A DNA stretch of 62,341 nucleotides, filler included, from Hausera hauseri (GCA_046269625.1; 13 parts of 13 records of this genome joined end to end with filler, not necessarily neighbours in it); one strand, 5' to 3'. Positions 24,071 through 37,290 are shown, counted from the first letter of the whole stretch. Numbers and translations: made by a program. The notes: generated from the sequence alone by a model not told the origin.

Positions 24071-26902
24071 GTCAGAATAATTATTGGGGCTCCGTAATTA
24101 AATATTATATTTTTGACCACCTTATCAGCAATCGTATCTTCCTTAATATTAGTCATTGGTACAGCTACAACCCACTTGGTGAAATAGTCGATGAAGACCA
24201 AAATATATTTGTTTCCATTCCCAGTTAATGTTAATGGTCCCGATATATCCATTTCGGTGAATTCGAATGGCGCTAGGGGGGGTGTCCCATACCGTCAAAG
24301 GCGCTTTAAATTTTGACCCGGTATTTTTCCGGGTAGCGCATAANNNNNNNNNNCCGTTTTAACTTATTGAGTGTCTTCCTTGCTGATTGATGTCCACCAA
24401 GTAATCTGTCGTTATATTGCGTTAACAGCACTGTTTTATTCCTTTTTGGAATCACTAATGCTGGTCCATCTTGGTGGATGTAAAATAAAAACACGTCCTT
24501 CTCTTTATAGGCATCACTAAATCGAGCTAAATGTCGGGCTAATTCTTTGATTGTTGCTAATACTTTATTCTGTAAAAAGTTTCTAATTGCTTTTATCTCG
24601 ACATCTTCCTGTTGATTTTGTTTAATCTTTTATACCGATCCATCCATGCTCCAGACTGCTGTTATTATCTCTTTCTTCGCCTTTGCATCTTCTGTCATTC
24701 TGGATAAATAGTCTGCATTTGCATTTCGCGTCCCAGGTTTATACTGGAAGTTTAATGTATAGGGTTGCAGTTTGAGGACCCATCGTAGTAACCGACTATT
24801 TGGATTTTCATGCTGTTTTAGCCATTGTAGTTGTCGGTGATCGGTATATATCAAGAGTAGTTTGTTCTCACTAATGTACTGTGAAAATACTTCTAGAGCA
24901 AATATTACTGCCAACAATTCCTTTTCAATTACTGCGTATATCTTTTGGTGTTTATTAAGTTTCCGTGACACATAAGCTACTGGATGCTCCTTACCGTCTT
25001 CGCCCTCTTGTGACAACACTGCTCCTACTCCGTAATCACTCGCATCTGTAGCTAATATGAAGGGCTTATTCATATCGGGATAAATTAATATGGGGGCAGT
25101 TAGCAATCTTTCTTTTAAATATTCAAACGCTTTCTGACACTCATTAGTCCAAATTACTGTATCTAGGTCCTCACGCAATAGTTCATATAAGGGTTTTGCG
25201 ATCTTGCTGAAATCCTTTATAAACCTCCGATAGTAATTCGCCAAACCTAAGAATCGCCGTAATTCTTTAACTGTAGTTAGTTTTGGAAAGTCTCTTATTT
25301 TTCCCATTAGTTTGTCTTGATGCTTTACTCCGTGTCTGTCTACTCTATGTCTAAGAAAATCTACGTCCGCTTGAGCAAATGAGCATTTCTTCCGGTTTAT
25401 CTTCAGACCCATAATTTCACACCTATCGAAGAGGTCTTGCAAATCTTTTAGGTGTTGTTGAAAATTTGATTATGCTATTATTACATCATCAATATATACC
25501 ATGGCGTGTGGAGCGTCCAATAGTATAAGTTTCGTTTCTCTCTGGAATGATGGTGGTCCATTCTTTAGTCCGAATGACATCCTGTTAAACTCCCATAATC
25601 TTTCACCGATTGAAAAAGCTGTTTTTGATTTATCTTCTTCTTTCACCCCCACTTGCCAATAACCTTTCTGTAAATCTGTCGTTGGGAATATGATCGATCC
25701 GTGAAGCCTGTCTAGTATTTCGTCAATTCTTGAAAATGGGTATGTATCCGTTTCGGTTATTTCATTTAACGCTCGATAATCTATACAAAATCTCATGGTT
25801 CCGTCCTTCTTCTTAACCATTACTACAGGAGCCGTCCAGGGGTAACAGCTTAGTCGAATGATATTGTTTTCCCTCATTTCTTTTATTATCTTTCGTGCTT
25901 CTTGTTTTTTATCATACGCTAATCGATACGGCTTCTTCTTGATTGGGTTATCCTGCCCTTCTTTTAATTTAATAGAGTGTTATATTACGTTCATCGTACC
26001 CAAATCGTAATCATTTTGTGCAAATCGGTCATTATTCTTCTGTAACAGCTCGATTAGCATTCTCTTTTCTTCCTCAGTTCAGATTTCACAATTCTGTAAC
26101 TTCTTATGCTAGTTGATATTGGTTATTTTATCTCTTTTTATATTTTTACTCGGTTCCCTTTTTAATTTCTCCGTCACCAATCTCTCTATCTTGTCTATAT
26201 CTGACGTTGTCGAACATGTTTCTTGTTTTATTACCCCTCACTGGTCGTTACCTCTCCCAATCTTGTATTCTTTCGTAATCGTCTTTCCTTACCTGCAGTA
26301 TTACAAATTCGCAGGTGGATCTTTCCTTTTCTTACTTTATGTACATGAGGGGCGATTAAAACTTCATACTTTTTCATAACTTGTGCAAATGGTTCGAAAT
26401 AAACAACTTCCGGTAACACTTGGCTTTCTATTTTTCCGGGTACTATTGTCTCAGATCGTGGTGGTATTATAATATCTTTTATCAGCGAGACCTTTCCTAT
26501 GCCTCGGTCTTCATCAAATGTCGTCAACTGACTGGTTCTTACGCCTATATATGCGTTTTCTAATTGATTTAGTACATCACACCCAATTAGGATTTCATTA
26601 GTCAAGTTGTCGGCTATCCTTATCGTGTGTTTCAAAGTTTGTTTGCCGATTTTAATTTTTGCGTCAAGAATCATCTTGATTTCTTCTTCTGTACCGAATG
26701 CCCCTACGTATACTAATGTATTAGTCGGTCTTTGTAACTTCCTTTTCAACTCCTTGGGTAATTGGCTTCTTCCCATTATTGTTGTTGTAGATCCAGTATC
26801 CAATAAAGCCGTCATAGGATATGCATTTACCTCTGTTTCTATTTCTGGCCTTATATGTGATCGTTCTCCTTTTTTATCATCAGTTTTGTACGTCGAATCA
26901 CG
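24071..26902 (-). pseudogene. pol: gypsy pol, order PR-RT-RH-INT, several stops and frameshifts
   Basis: ALLDTGS; WTAPVVMVKKKDGTMRFCIDYRALN; YIDD; TDASDYGVGAVL; TDHRQL; NADYLSR; GGH..KTL; MDISGPL..YILVFIDYFTKW. Confidence 0.95.
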
Positions 26903-28089
26903 CTAATAAGGTCTTACGTTTTCCTCAAAATCTCGTTGCATTTGTTGTACCTGATGCATTGGGTACAATCCTTCATATACCACGTATCGAGGAGCTGAAG
27001 GATTCGTTAAAGGTTATTTGTTATAGAATTGTGCATGATATTCATCTACGGGATCTAGATAGGGTAAGTCCGTCACGAGCTTATGCCCATATTTAGGCTT
27101 TCGTGTCTTCAAAACTATTTGTTTAAAGCCAGGTATTCGCCCGTATTTCGTCTTCGTCTTCACTCGACCATAGTATTATCGTTATCAGGTATACTATACA
27201 CGGATTCTTTCATGTCTTTCTTTTGTAATATCCTTTTCTTCCATCGTGCATCATGGTTTGCTAGAAAACAGCTTGCTACGGCCGGTGTCACAGATATTAA
27301 GATTTCCCATGAGCACTCTACTGCTGCGTGTATCCCATATGCTTTACCTAGTGCCGTAAATACTGTTCGAATAGCGCTAATAATAAAATATATATTTAGA
27401 AAACTGGAAGCTGCTTGTCCGAAATATAAGAACTTTCCCCACATCTTTTACATAACGTTTTCTGTTACTTTCTTTAGATAGTTCTTACCAATGAGGCTTT
27501 CCCATTGTGGTGATCCTTTGTCGTCTCACATTACTCTCCGTGTTAGTTCGGTTATTACCCGTTGTCTTTGTCGTGAGAACAACAACATCCGTCGATAGTC
27601 TTCCAGATTTTGTGGGTATAAATTCCTCCCTGTGATATTCCTGTTAAGGGTTCGAACTTCTGATTCTTTTGGAGGTTAATCAAACTTAATGTCTCCAGTT
27701 TAGACACTGGTTCTCTCTCCGGCATTCTTATCCATTTATCATTGTCAATCTTAAACATCGGTGACATATTAAAAGTACAATTGTATACTGAGAGGGCTTT
27801 ACGTTAACATGGAGAAGTATCCTAGTTACTGGCGTAACATATCTCGCTTCTGAATGGTAAACGACAGGTAGTTCCATTGTACATTCTTCTGTGTGTCTAA
27901 CTGATACTTCCGCCTTTTTACATTCTGTTGTTATCAGCACCTCGCCCATCACTCTTCCAATAACTCCATCACCGAAGGGTAGTACTAGCGCAATCATATC
28001 CGGCTTCGTTATCACCAATGCCATTTTATTACGCATTATTTCATAATTCAGTTTGCATTCGTTCATTATTATTTCCAGATATAAAGTCC
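26903..28089 (-). pseudogene. env: envelope glycoprotein C-terminal half (chuvirus G / herpes gB-like class III type), frameshifted
   Basis: GEVLITTECKKAEVSVRHTEECTMELPVVY...YVTPVTRIL..C....PMFKI...W...GGIYT, followed by a hydrophobic membrane-proximal/TM segment (WGKFLYFG..FLNIYFII) and a tail containing PSAP. Confidence 0.75.
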
Positions 28090-28189
28090 NNNNNNNNNNN
28101 NNNNNNNNNNNNNNNNNNNNNNNNNNNNNNNNNTTAATTAATTAANNNNNNNNNNNNNNNNNNNNNNNNNNNNNNNNNNNNNNNNNNNN

Positions 28190-30112
28190 GACGTCCATTC
28201 AACGATTTCTTGTTTATCTATGTCGGGTATTCCGGTTTTCTTATGCTGCCTATTTAGTTGTACTCGGACTTGGGTATCGACTGGAATGGTTAGTCTATTG
28301 CAACCATTCTTCGACTGAAATATTGGGGCTAAGTATCTGCCAAAGTTCAGATCTTCTCGGGCGTATCCGTTTCCACTTACGATTCTTCTAGTTACGGTGG
28401 AGACATAAAATATAACTTCTTTAATTTTCCCTCTGCTATAATATTCGGCCATAATAATCATTTGGACGTATTCTTTAATCTGACCGAATTCGGTCACCAC
28501 GATATGGACTGGTTCTTCCCAATTTCTTCGTAGAACGTTCACTTCCGTTCTAGGTGATCCGCAACTGAACGTTTCCGTTCTTCGTCCGGTAGTGTTTCTG
28601 GGTTCTGGCGTTTTTAGTTTTTCTTCAGATTCTGTTATTTCTTCTTGGGCCGTCGGCGTTAGGCTGATGGTTGACGGTTTTATTTCTTCGGCATAGTTTT
28701 TATTTGTCTTGCTTCTCTTTTCACTGATATACTCAAAGAAGAAGAGTTTCGTCTTTTGTCGTCTTTGTATTTCTTCAGCCGGTCGATACTCAGTTTGGGC
28801 TGGTTTGTTTGGGGGTTGGTTGTACTTCTTCGGTTCTTCTGGTTTGATCGGTTTGGCTGGACTGTTCTGAACGGTGATTTGTAAGTTATTATGACCTTGG
28901 GGTTCAACCTGTCTGTATATCGGGTATTTATTGAATCCGTTACGTAACTTATTTATTAAGATCTTTGGGTTACTGTCCGAGATTACATTCTGTGTAGAGT
29001 TTCTGGGCTTTCACTCGTGTTCCCATCGTAATAATATGTTAATATCTCTTATTAATTTCGTGCGCTGACTTGCCGTCATAAACTTAGAAAATCTAAATTG
29101 TTTGCCATTCATGGCTTCAAGCATTATCTCAAACTGTGATTCTCGTGACGCTGAGGGACGTAGACATCCTTCTTTCCTCATTAGGGTGTTTTCCACGCGG
29201 TTTACAACCGTCGGATTTCGACTTAGTTCACGAATTCCAGCTATATACTCTTGTCCATAGTCTTTCTAACATTTCGTGTACTCTATATCCGCTTATAACG
29301 AATCCATACAAACAATGGCTTATATCTTCTTGAATTTCTAGGAAATCTTTGCCTTTTTTAAGTTGTATTTTCGTAATTCCGGTAACGTCAGAAAATGTAT
29401 CCTTTACCTTAGTTCCAGGTGCGATTACTTTGTTTATAATTTTTTCTCCGTTTAGGCTTCGGATGCAGAATTCGATTGGGGTGTACCACCCGTCATCCTT
29501 TTCTCCACAGTTTACGGCTAAAATTCGAATGTTTAGGCCATCTGGAACCAATCTGAACGATTCTCCACTCTGTTTTATTTCATTTTCCGAGGGTTTTTGA
29601 CTACATAATAGGGATGGTAACGGTCTCATCATATCGGTCCGCAAGGTTAATTAAAACATAAGCTTAGTTGGAAGTTCGGCAATTCTGAACTCCAAAGCAT
29701 AATCCATGAGACTATAGCAACACAACTCGTAGGTGCTAAATTTCCACTGTTATCCTCTTTGGGTACTATCCTACAACCCTGTACTGAATTTCTCCAACAG
29801 CGACATGTATGCAGAATTGCTGATGCGTCGGTTCGTATGAGATCATATCTCTCAAAAGGTATGCTCGTGCACCCTTTGGATTTCGCATTGCATATAGCCG
29901 GATTAATCGTTTATCCTCTAAACACCATTTCAATCCATTTGGTATTTTGCTGTCTTGATCAAATTCTGCATAAGTTTTGTTTTTTAGGTTTTCTCCAATC
30001 TGGCGATATAGACTCTTTGAGGTTGGTTTAAGCACGGTTACATGTTGCTGTAGGAAATCGTCGATGTAGTATCTGGGATTTTGTACTGAATTCTTCACCT
30101 TTTCGGCCATAC
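28190..30112 (-). pseudogene. large accessory ORF in pieces, containing a DEDD/REX-like exonuclease fold (about 29011-29644)
   Basis: ILAVNCGE...FCIRSLNGEKIINKVIAP..KVKD..SDVTGIT..QLKKGKDFLEIQEDI...LYGFVISGY follows the REXO4/ISG20 motif spacing. Confidence 0.65.
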
Positions 30113-30215
30113 TTACTCTGCAAAAATAAAAATAAAGGTCAATCCTAAAACAGATCATCGTTTCAAAATAAAACATATTCTTTGTCTGATGATAGAATAA
30201 CCCAATCTGTAATTG

Positions 30216-31625
30216 TCATGTTGTACTATCATACAGTCCGTCTCGGAACCCTTTTACCCGTCTATCTCCCTGTTGATTTTGACGTCGCTTACTACAATTT
30301 TTGAAAGGTAAGTAAATCGTGGCTGTTAGCATGATAAGAACGAAAATTGGCAAGCTTAATATACTTATTGTCGGTAAATTGTTTGTTTCAATCGATTTTT
30401 CTGTGATAGCTGTAATCTGGGTGCTAATGTCTTTATACTGCATTACGCGAATTTCGTTGTTTAGAGTTTTAACCGTCATGGTTTTGGACCTTTTTCCCTT
30501 GGCAGTAACTTGAATTATATAACCACTTTGTGGTCTCAGAGATTTACACCCGATTTTCTGGCTATTTGTCCTCAAGATCACGAATTGGTTGATGTGTAGA
30601 GTATGACATTCGATTTTAACTTCGTAGTTCAAGGTTTCTTCGACGAAAAATACAATGTTATCGGATGGCAGCAAAATTTTAACTGGTATATTTTCTAATT
30701 CTCGCTCGGACATTTCACTCGACGTGACAATCGCAGAGGTGAGAGTCGTGATCGAAAGGGTGGATTGTTTTCTGGTAGTTGTTGGAAACGGAAGTTTCCA
30801 TATTCCGACTTTTGGGCCGTATCCTCTTAAATATGTACATGATTCGTTTGGGTAAATGTTGTACAGATCAAAGTGCAGTTGGCAGTAGTATCCTAGCGGC
30901 AATCTACAACACGTAGTGAGACGTCGTTGTGCAATAAAAAAGTACTCCGGGGTAGGGGTTGAGGTATTCAATGGTATAAATTGGATAGAAATTTGTCTGT
31001 CTCCCGGTAACTCTATTTTGGTTTCTACTCGGATGCACTGTTTCCTGAAGTCTTGAAAAATTCCGATGATGTTAAAGTCTAAAAGTCTTTTTAATGGATC
31101 GGTGTTCCGGACTATCTCGTCCGTCTTGGCTTGATTCGCATCGCTACGTTGAGGCATGTTAATTTCGAATTCGGTAATAATATAATCTTGGGCTCCATAC
31201 AGATTATAGTAAAACATTTGAAACTTGTATCGATATGTTTGTCCAAACTCTAAGTCACAACATTTCTGATGGGGTCCATATGGAAAATCACGCGTCTTCA
31301 TCTCGACACCAATCTTATTCATAAATATTATTTGAAACTTTACGTGGTTCTTAACCACTTTGTTTTTGTTGAACCGGGTACAGGGTTTGCTCCAATCCAT
31401 ATCGTATACTCTAAAGGACTGCAAGTTTTGGATATCCTTCCGTCTTGCCGCATATTGTTGCTTTTCGGTTAGAATTATTGATCATATTTTCGGTATATAT
31501 GAAGCGATTGACGACAAGGCAAGAACTATCTGTACATAGGATACCGGTCTTGTTACAATAGACGACGTACTTTTTTCTTTCTTGGTTGGATTCGGATGCT
31601 CTTTACGTGAACGTAGATTATAGCT
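30216..31625 (-). CDS. type I membrane protein with FN3-like repeats, in frame with the integrase tail
   Basis: YNLRSR, a hydrophobic signal-like stretch and one TGA precede a 402-aa ORF with three related units (CCDLEFGQTY, CCRLPLGYY, CKSLRPQSGYIIQVTA), a S/T-rich linker and a C-terminal TM. Confidence 0.65.
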
Positions 31626-31689
31626 TTTATTTGGCGTTATTTCCGTTTTGACCACTCTTTGTATTGATACGAATTCCTCTTTGCCATTT

Positions 31690-32155
31690 TTATTGATATA
31701 AACTGTAGTTGGTGTGGTTCTGACAACTTCGTAGAGGCATTTGCCAATTATACTTGTTTAATATTCTTTCTAATGTCTTCTTCCATGACATGTGTCCGGC
31801 TAAGTAAGAGTCATGCTCGGCCATTAGTACTTCCGTACGTAATCCTTTCGGTATGACTACTAATTTTGGTCCTTTGCGTTTGTAATATAATACATTTTCG
31901 CAATTCGTGTCTCCTGTTACGCAGTATTTATGACCATGTCTTTGTAGATGCTTTCGTAGTTGGTAACCTTTTGTGTTATTTTGCTTCCGATACATTCGAT
32001 GATTTGTTGTATGACTTTGTCCTTCTTTTGTTCGGCAAAAATTTTAAACGTTTTATCCAATTCCAGGGCTCGCTGTCTAGCCACTAATTTTTCGAGTTGA
32101 GCTTTACTCATCACCGTAATTGCGTTTATTTTGGATTTGAGTCTTGATAGCGCAT
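31690..32155 (-). pseudogene. RNase H end and integrase zinc-binding domain; catalytic core deleted
   Basis: ALSR...LVVIPKGLRTEVLMAEHDSYLAGHMSWKKTLERILNKYNW. Confidence 0.85.
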
Positions 32156-32255
32156 NNNNNNNNNNNNNNNNNNNNNNNNNNNNNNNNNNNNNNNNNNNNT
32201 TAATTAATTAANNNNNNNNNNNNNNNNNNNNNNNNNNNNNNNNNNNNNNNNNNNN

Positions 32256-33830
32256 TTTAGAGCAACTTCAGCATCTGTTAATCTCCGCAGAACTTCTCGT
32301 AGAATTTTTCAGTGTTTTTCTACCGAATCTTTTGCTATGAAGATTTCGAAGTAGTTAATAACATTTGAGACTCCTTCCAATAACTGGGCTATATATTCTT
32401 GGAAAATTATCGGATCACTTTTTATTTCAAATTGTAATCTTTTCCACGTAAATATTTCGTTTGGAGTACTGAAATTTAAGGATTTTCGATCCTCTTCTTG
32501 GACTTAGATCTGCCGGTACCAATTTCTCATGTCTAAAGTTGTAACTACCTTTGTAATTGGTGAGCAACTTAAAATCGTCTTTATCGTTGGTAATTGCCGT
32601 ACTGGTGTTCTCAATTTTTCGTTCAACCGACGGTAGTCAACTGATGATCGCAGTTTTCCGTTCTTCTAATGAGAAAGTACTAGTGGGGCACACCAATATA
32701 CACTGGTAGTCACTTTTCAATTGTCTTTTTGTAACTCTTGCAAATCCATTTCCAAGCTGTCGGATTACGCAGTTGGAATCCTACGTCATGGAATATTTAC
32801 TGCAGGTTCATTATCCATTATCCATTATCTTACAAGGTGTGCATTTGATTTTCGCTTCACTGACATACGTACTCTAGCATTAATTTAATGTCATCAGATA
32901 TGTCATGGTTTGGAATCGTAGCCATTTCACCAATAAAACAAATCTTTTGCTAGCTTATAGCTCATTAAAACTTGTTGGGTCCCTTCAGTTACGACAAATT
33001 CAGTGGAAACTGCACGATCCTTTGCTGAAACACTACTGTTAATTTTAGTAGTAACTATAATCTCATCTATTATCCAAGAAAATAATAATCTGATATTCGT
33101 TGGTATCAATTTAGATTTGAATTTCATCATTTTTCTGGGAATAACGTTAACACTGGCACTTGTATCGCCTAATGCATTAAGAATCTGTTCGTTGATACTC
33201 ATTTTCTGTATCAGTGAATTTCTTTCTTTGGTCGTACATAAATTTATTGTAACTGTTTGAATCTTATCCACTTCCTTCTGCATATCGATCCATAATGTCC
33301 CATTCTTTGACATCTGAAACATTTCCAATTCATCGTTGGACAGTTGCCATCAGTATTTGTTGATCCATAACGAGTACATTGCGAACTTGGTTTTAAGTGC
33401 ACTTTTCCTGTTCGTTTGTATGACTCTCGCCGCCTTTGACTGAAACTGTTTTATTTTTTATGATCTGTGAAATTGATAATCCTTTTTCTGAGATACCGAC
33501 ATTCGATTTTGCTCTTTCCATTGCTTCCGATCTGTTCTGCACTGCTGCATAATTAAATCTGGAAATATCCGAATCCATTAGTCTTTCTGAAACGCTTTTA
33601 TCTGTTAATACAAAAATGAAAACATTTCGCATTGCTTCCTCGATATATTAATATGGAAAATTGAATTTTTTGACCATCTGTCGAACACGACATGTCCATT
33701 CCGTGACTCATTCCTGCATGTCTTGGGTTGCCTGAATTAATGTTCGTCTTTCAACCAATTCGCTTGTCTTGGGCTTATAATAATCGTCGAGTCTCTGTAC
33801 TGCCTGAATATATGCGTCTTTTGGATCTGA
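32256..33830 (-). pseudogene. decayed gypsy gag-PR-RT
   Basis: Gag-like FIFVLTDKSVSERL; LGDTSASVNVI; RT WCAPLVL..LRSSVDYRRLN, LDMRNWYRQI. Confidence 0.75.
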
Positions 33831-34016
33831 AATAAAATAACTAATCTATCTTTGAGAGACTCATTTTGAAATCGCAATAATTTTTGTTTTTCTGGGATGT
33901 CATTGAGATGTAACTAATTCGTGATTATTTACATGAAATAATCAAATTCATCCCTGGTGGGCTTAGCATTCAAGGTTGAAAATTAACATTCACGGTTGAA
34001 AAAAATTATCGAAAAC

Positions 34017-34990
34017 AGTAAGCGGAAGTGAGCTCTCTACCGCACTTCTCTAATTGGTTCGCTGACAAATTTTCCCCACCTGATTGGCTATTCTGAACAT
34101 TTCACTAAAATTTTTTCACGACCCCCAAGGAAATGATGTCGAGCAAAGAAGTTCAGACGAGGTGATATCGATAGAGCGTGGCGAGGTGAGCAAAAGTTAA
34201 TAGAAGTGCGGCTTACAGATATGTAAGGGAGAGGCGCTAGAAGAGGAAGAAGCAAAACAGGAAATGCTTCACGTGTAACGCGAAACATGTTGCTAGCACA
34301 GAGAAAATATGTACAAGGGGTAAATCGATATTGGCGATTTCAATGTACACTGTTGTAACTCGGTCAGACCATGGGAACATGGGGAAAAATCGATGCGAAA
34401 ATTTCAAGCAGTTAAATTTTCCCCATGTTCAAGTCTGACGGTGATAAAAATTGGTTTAATACATTGCCCATAAATTAAGGAAAATTTTGTATTGCAGCCG
34501 ACTCACGATCAGACCAGTGGATCGGGGTGAAAAATGCAACCGAACGAATGAACGAACGAAAAAACGCAATGTTAAAGTCAAAATTATCTCAAGTAGGCAG
34601 AAGTGTTACGAATTGCGCAATGTTTGGTGCAAATGTCAAATAAATGTCGGGAAATCGAATGCTCACAATTTGAACGTTGTCTGACCATGGGAACATGGGG
34701 GAAAGTTGATGGAAAAATTTTAAACTCTAAAAATTTCCCATTGTTCAGGTCTGCTGGTTGCGGAAATGGGTTGAGCACGTAGCCCGTCAGTAGTTGTGCA
34801 TTTCACATTATAGCCGCCTCGCGATCAGACCAATGGATGTGGGTGAAAAATGCAACCGAACGAACTGACGAACGAACGAAAAAACGCATTGTTAAAAGTC
34901 AAAATCATTATCGTTGTAAATGCCTTCGTTCGTTTTGTAAAATGTCGTGTGAATTATATTTTGTACGAGAAGATCATAATTGAGTACTAC
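34017..34990 (+). mobile_element. family X terminal repeat with internal ~300-bp duplication and GAAC microsatellite seeds
   Basis: Starts AGTAAGCGGAAGTG. Segments about 34365-34590 and 34680-34910 are duplicates. Confidence 0.75.
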
Positions 34991-35829
34991 AACTACTCAC
35001 AAGGCGAATGATTGTGATCGAAAGTCACATATCATATTATCTCATGATTTATTCGCTCAGCGATGAAGTGTGTATGTGTTATGTTGAAATGAAACATAAC
35101 GTGACACAGAATGCTAGCACATGCACACGCCAACACTTAAGTTAATCGACTAATTGAATGGTCAGACAATGCTAAGATGTATGGCACACAATGAAATATA
35201 TGTATTTCATAGATAGATTAAAGTTATTTGTATTTCGATCAATGGCCAGAAACAATGTAAGTTTACATTTACTGCATAATAATTATTAATAATTATTATT
35301 AATTCTTTTATCAATTCTTATTTGCATTTGTTTTATTATTAATTCTTATTTGCACTTGTTTTATTATTATTCACATTTATATATATTTCTGAAACCATGT
35401 TTTTCGTGTCAATCATGTGTCTGTGGAGAAAAATATATACGATATAAGTAAAACCAAGCAGAAAATCAAGACACTGTCGTACATAGTGTTCATAAAATAA
35501 TCCAGAAAGTCTATAATTAGACATTAACGATCGGTAATTGTATTTAAATATTCTGTTACATCAGAATAATCGACCATCTCTGTGTGTGTGTCGTAGAATT
35601 ATTGATTATTAGCTGCTTTTATGTAATTTTACCCATGATCACTTTTGTTTTGTTGTCAATTAAATTGCTCAAATGACTACATATTTATTCGTATAATGTT
35701 GTTGTTGTTGTTGCTGTTGTTTTTCTATTTTCTATTTATGTAGTGCAACTAAACCCGAGTCTCCAATAAGAATAAAGTCGGATCACCACCACCACCACCA
35801 CCACAAAAACCACATACATAAACCAATTC

Positions 35830-36530
35830 AGCAGGAGAATGAACGAGTCCATCGGAATTAGTTACATTGCAATTTTGCTTGAAACAAATCCGATCTGCTG
35901 ACTGCCATGTTGGAATGTTGAAATAACTATTGACAAAATCTTCCGCAAACCATGTTTGACGTCAATTGTCATCCAACGTCGATTTCTGATAAGTGCGAAA
36001 AATCTGGCCGAATATCGTGTCCATGTCACCAGCAATCCGCTTCATATGTCGTAGATAAAGTTTTCGTGCCCTCCAATTCTCCTCAGCACGCCGGAGTATC
36101 TCTTTGAGCGAACAGTATCGTGCGTCATGTAAAGGTTGATTAAGATTGTAAAGGTGACTCCGGAGACCGTCGAACTAGTGATATGAACGAATGAGTTCTG
36201 TTAAATGGGACATGTCGTAATGTCATACCGTAAAGAAGCACAGATATTTATACTGAACTGTAACAAATAAATTATATTGATTCCCGAAAACAATCATAAC
36301 AAAATAATATGTGATTAAATGCGGTTAATCAACTTTTTAATTACAATACAAAACGAACCAGATAATACAATTCCAATGAGGAATTTAATGCATTGTTGCC
36401 GCTTTCGTTTGCACTCATCTTCGATACGTTTTATGAAGAGAGATCGGATTGTTAATTCAGTATAATCTCGTCTGCTCATTATCCTGGTTTCTGTCAGCTC
36501 ACAGATACTGAACGTCAAACACGTGTCCAG
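35830..36530 (-). pseudogene. two unknown genes, homologous to 53340-54091
   Basis: FDGLRSHLYNL..RARKLYLRHMKRIAGDM and MSRRDYTELTIRSLFIKRIED..CIKFLIGIV. Confidence 0.65.
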
Positions 36531-37290
36531 TCATTATTTTGTCTGTCAGTTTCCGAATTTTACTCTCAATTTACTCTTCCATTTAAGTTGTAATACGTAA
36601 TAATGCTGATATGTTTATACCTGCGTAAAAGAAATAAGTTAGCATATATCAATTTATTATATAATTGTATTTAATGTTTTCAATTTAAAGTTAACACTGA
36701 CTTTAATTTGTTTAAATTTAGAAANNNNNNNNNNNNNNNNNNNNNNNNNNNNNNNNNNNNNNNNNNNNTTAATTAATTAANNNNNNNNNNNNNNNNNNNN
36801 NNNNNNNNNNNNNNNNNNNNNNNNTTCATTGTCAGCAAAATCAAAATTAAAAAAATCTTTCAAGTTTGGCTCACTGCTGTTGTCAAAAACCTTAGGGATG
36901 GACTTGAAAGACTAAAGCTCCACAGACGTGTTTCCAACATCAAAGCTTGTTTCTATTCCCGTCATGCCGCAGATCTCATTGTCTTTATACATTTTTAGAT
37001 AGCAGAGATTCCTCTTTGTGCATGGTGAATAAAAACGACCCCCGCCTCCCCTTATATTTGATGGTACTTGTAAATGAATTGCACAGTATGTCACATGTGG
37101 TGTGTTGGACTCTCGGCTGCAGTTATGCACAAAGTGCTGCGGTGCAAATCACAGCTTGGAGTTAAACTTAAATTATTCATTTATACATTTGATATGTTAA
37201 GGTCCTTTCAAGGTTTTCTAGCATGCCATTTGCAATCATATACCATGTGGACTAAATAACAGATTTTTATTTTGAAAATAAACTTTTTAA

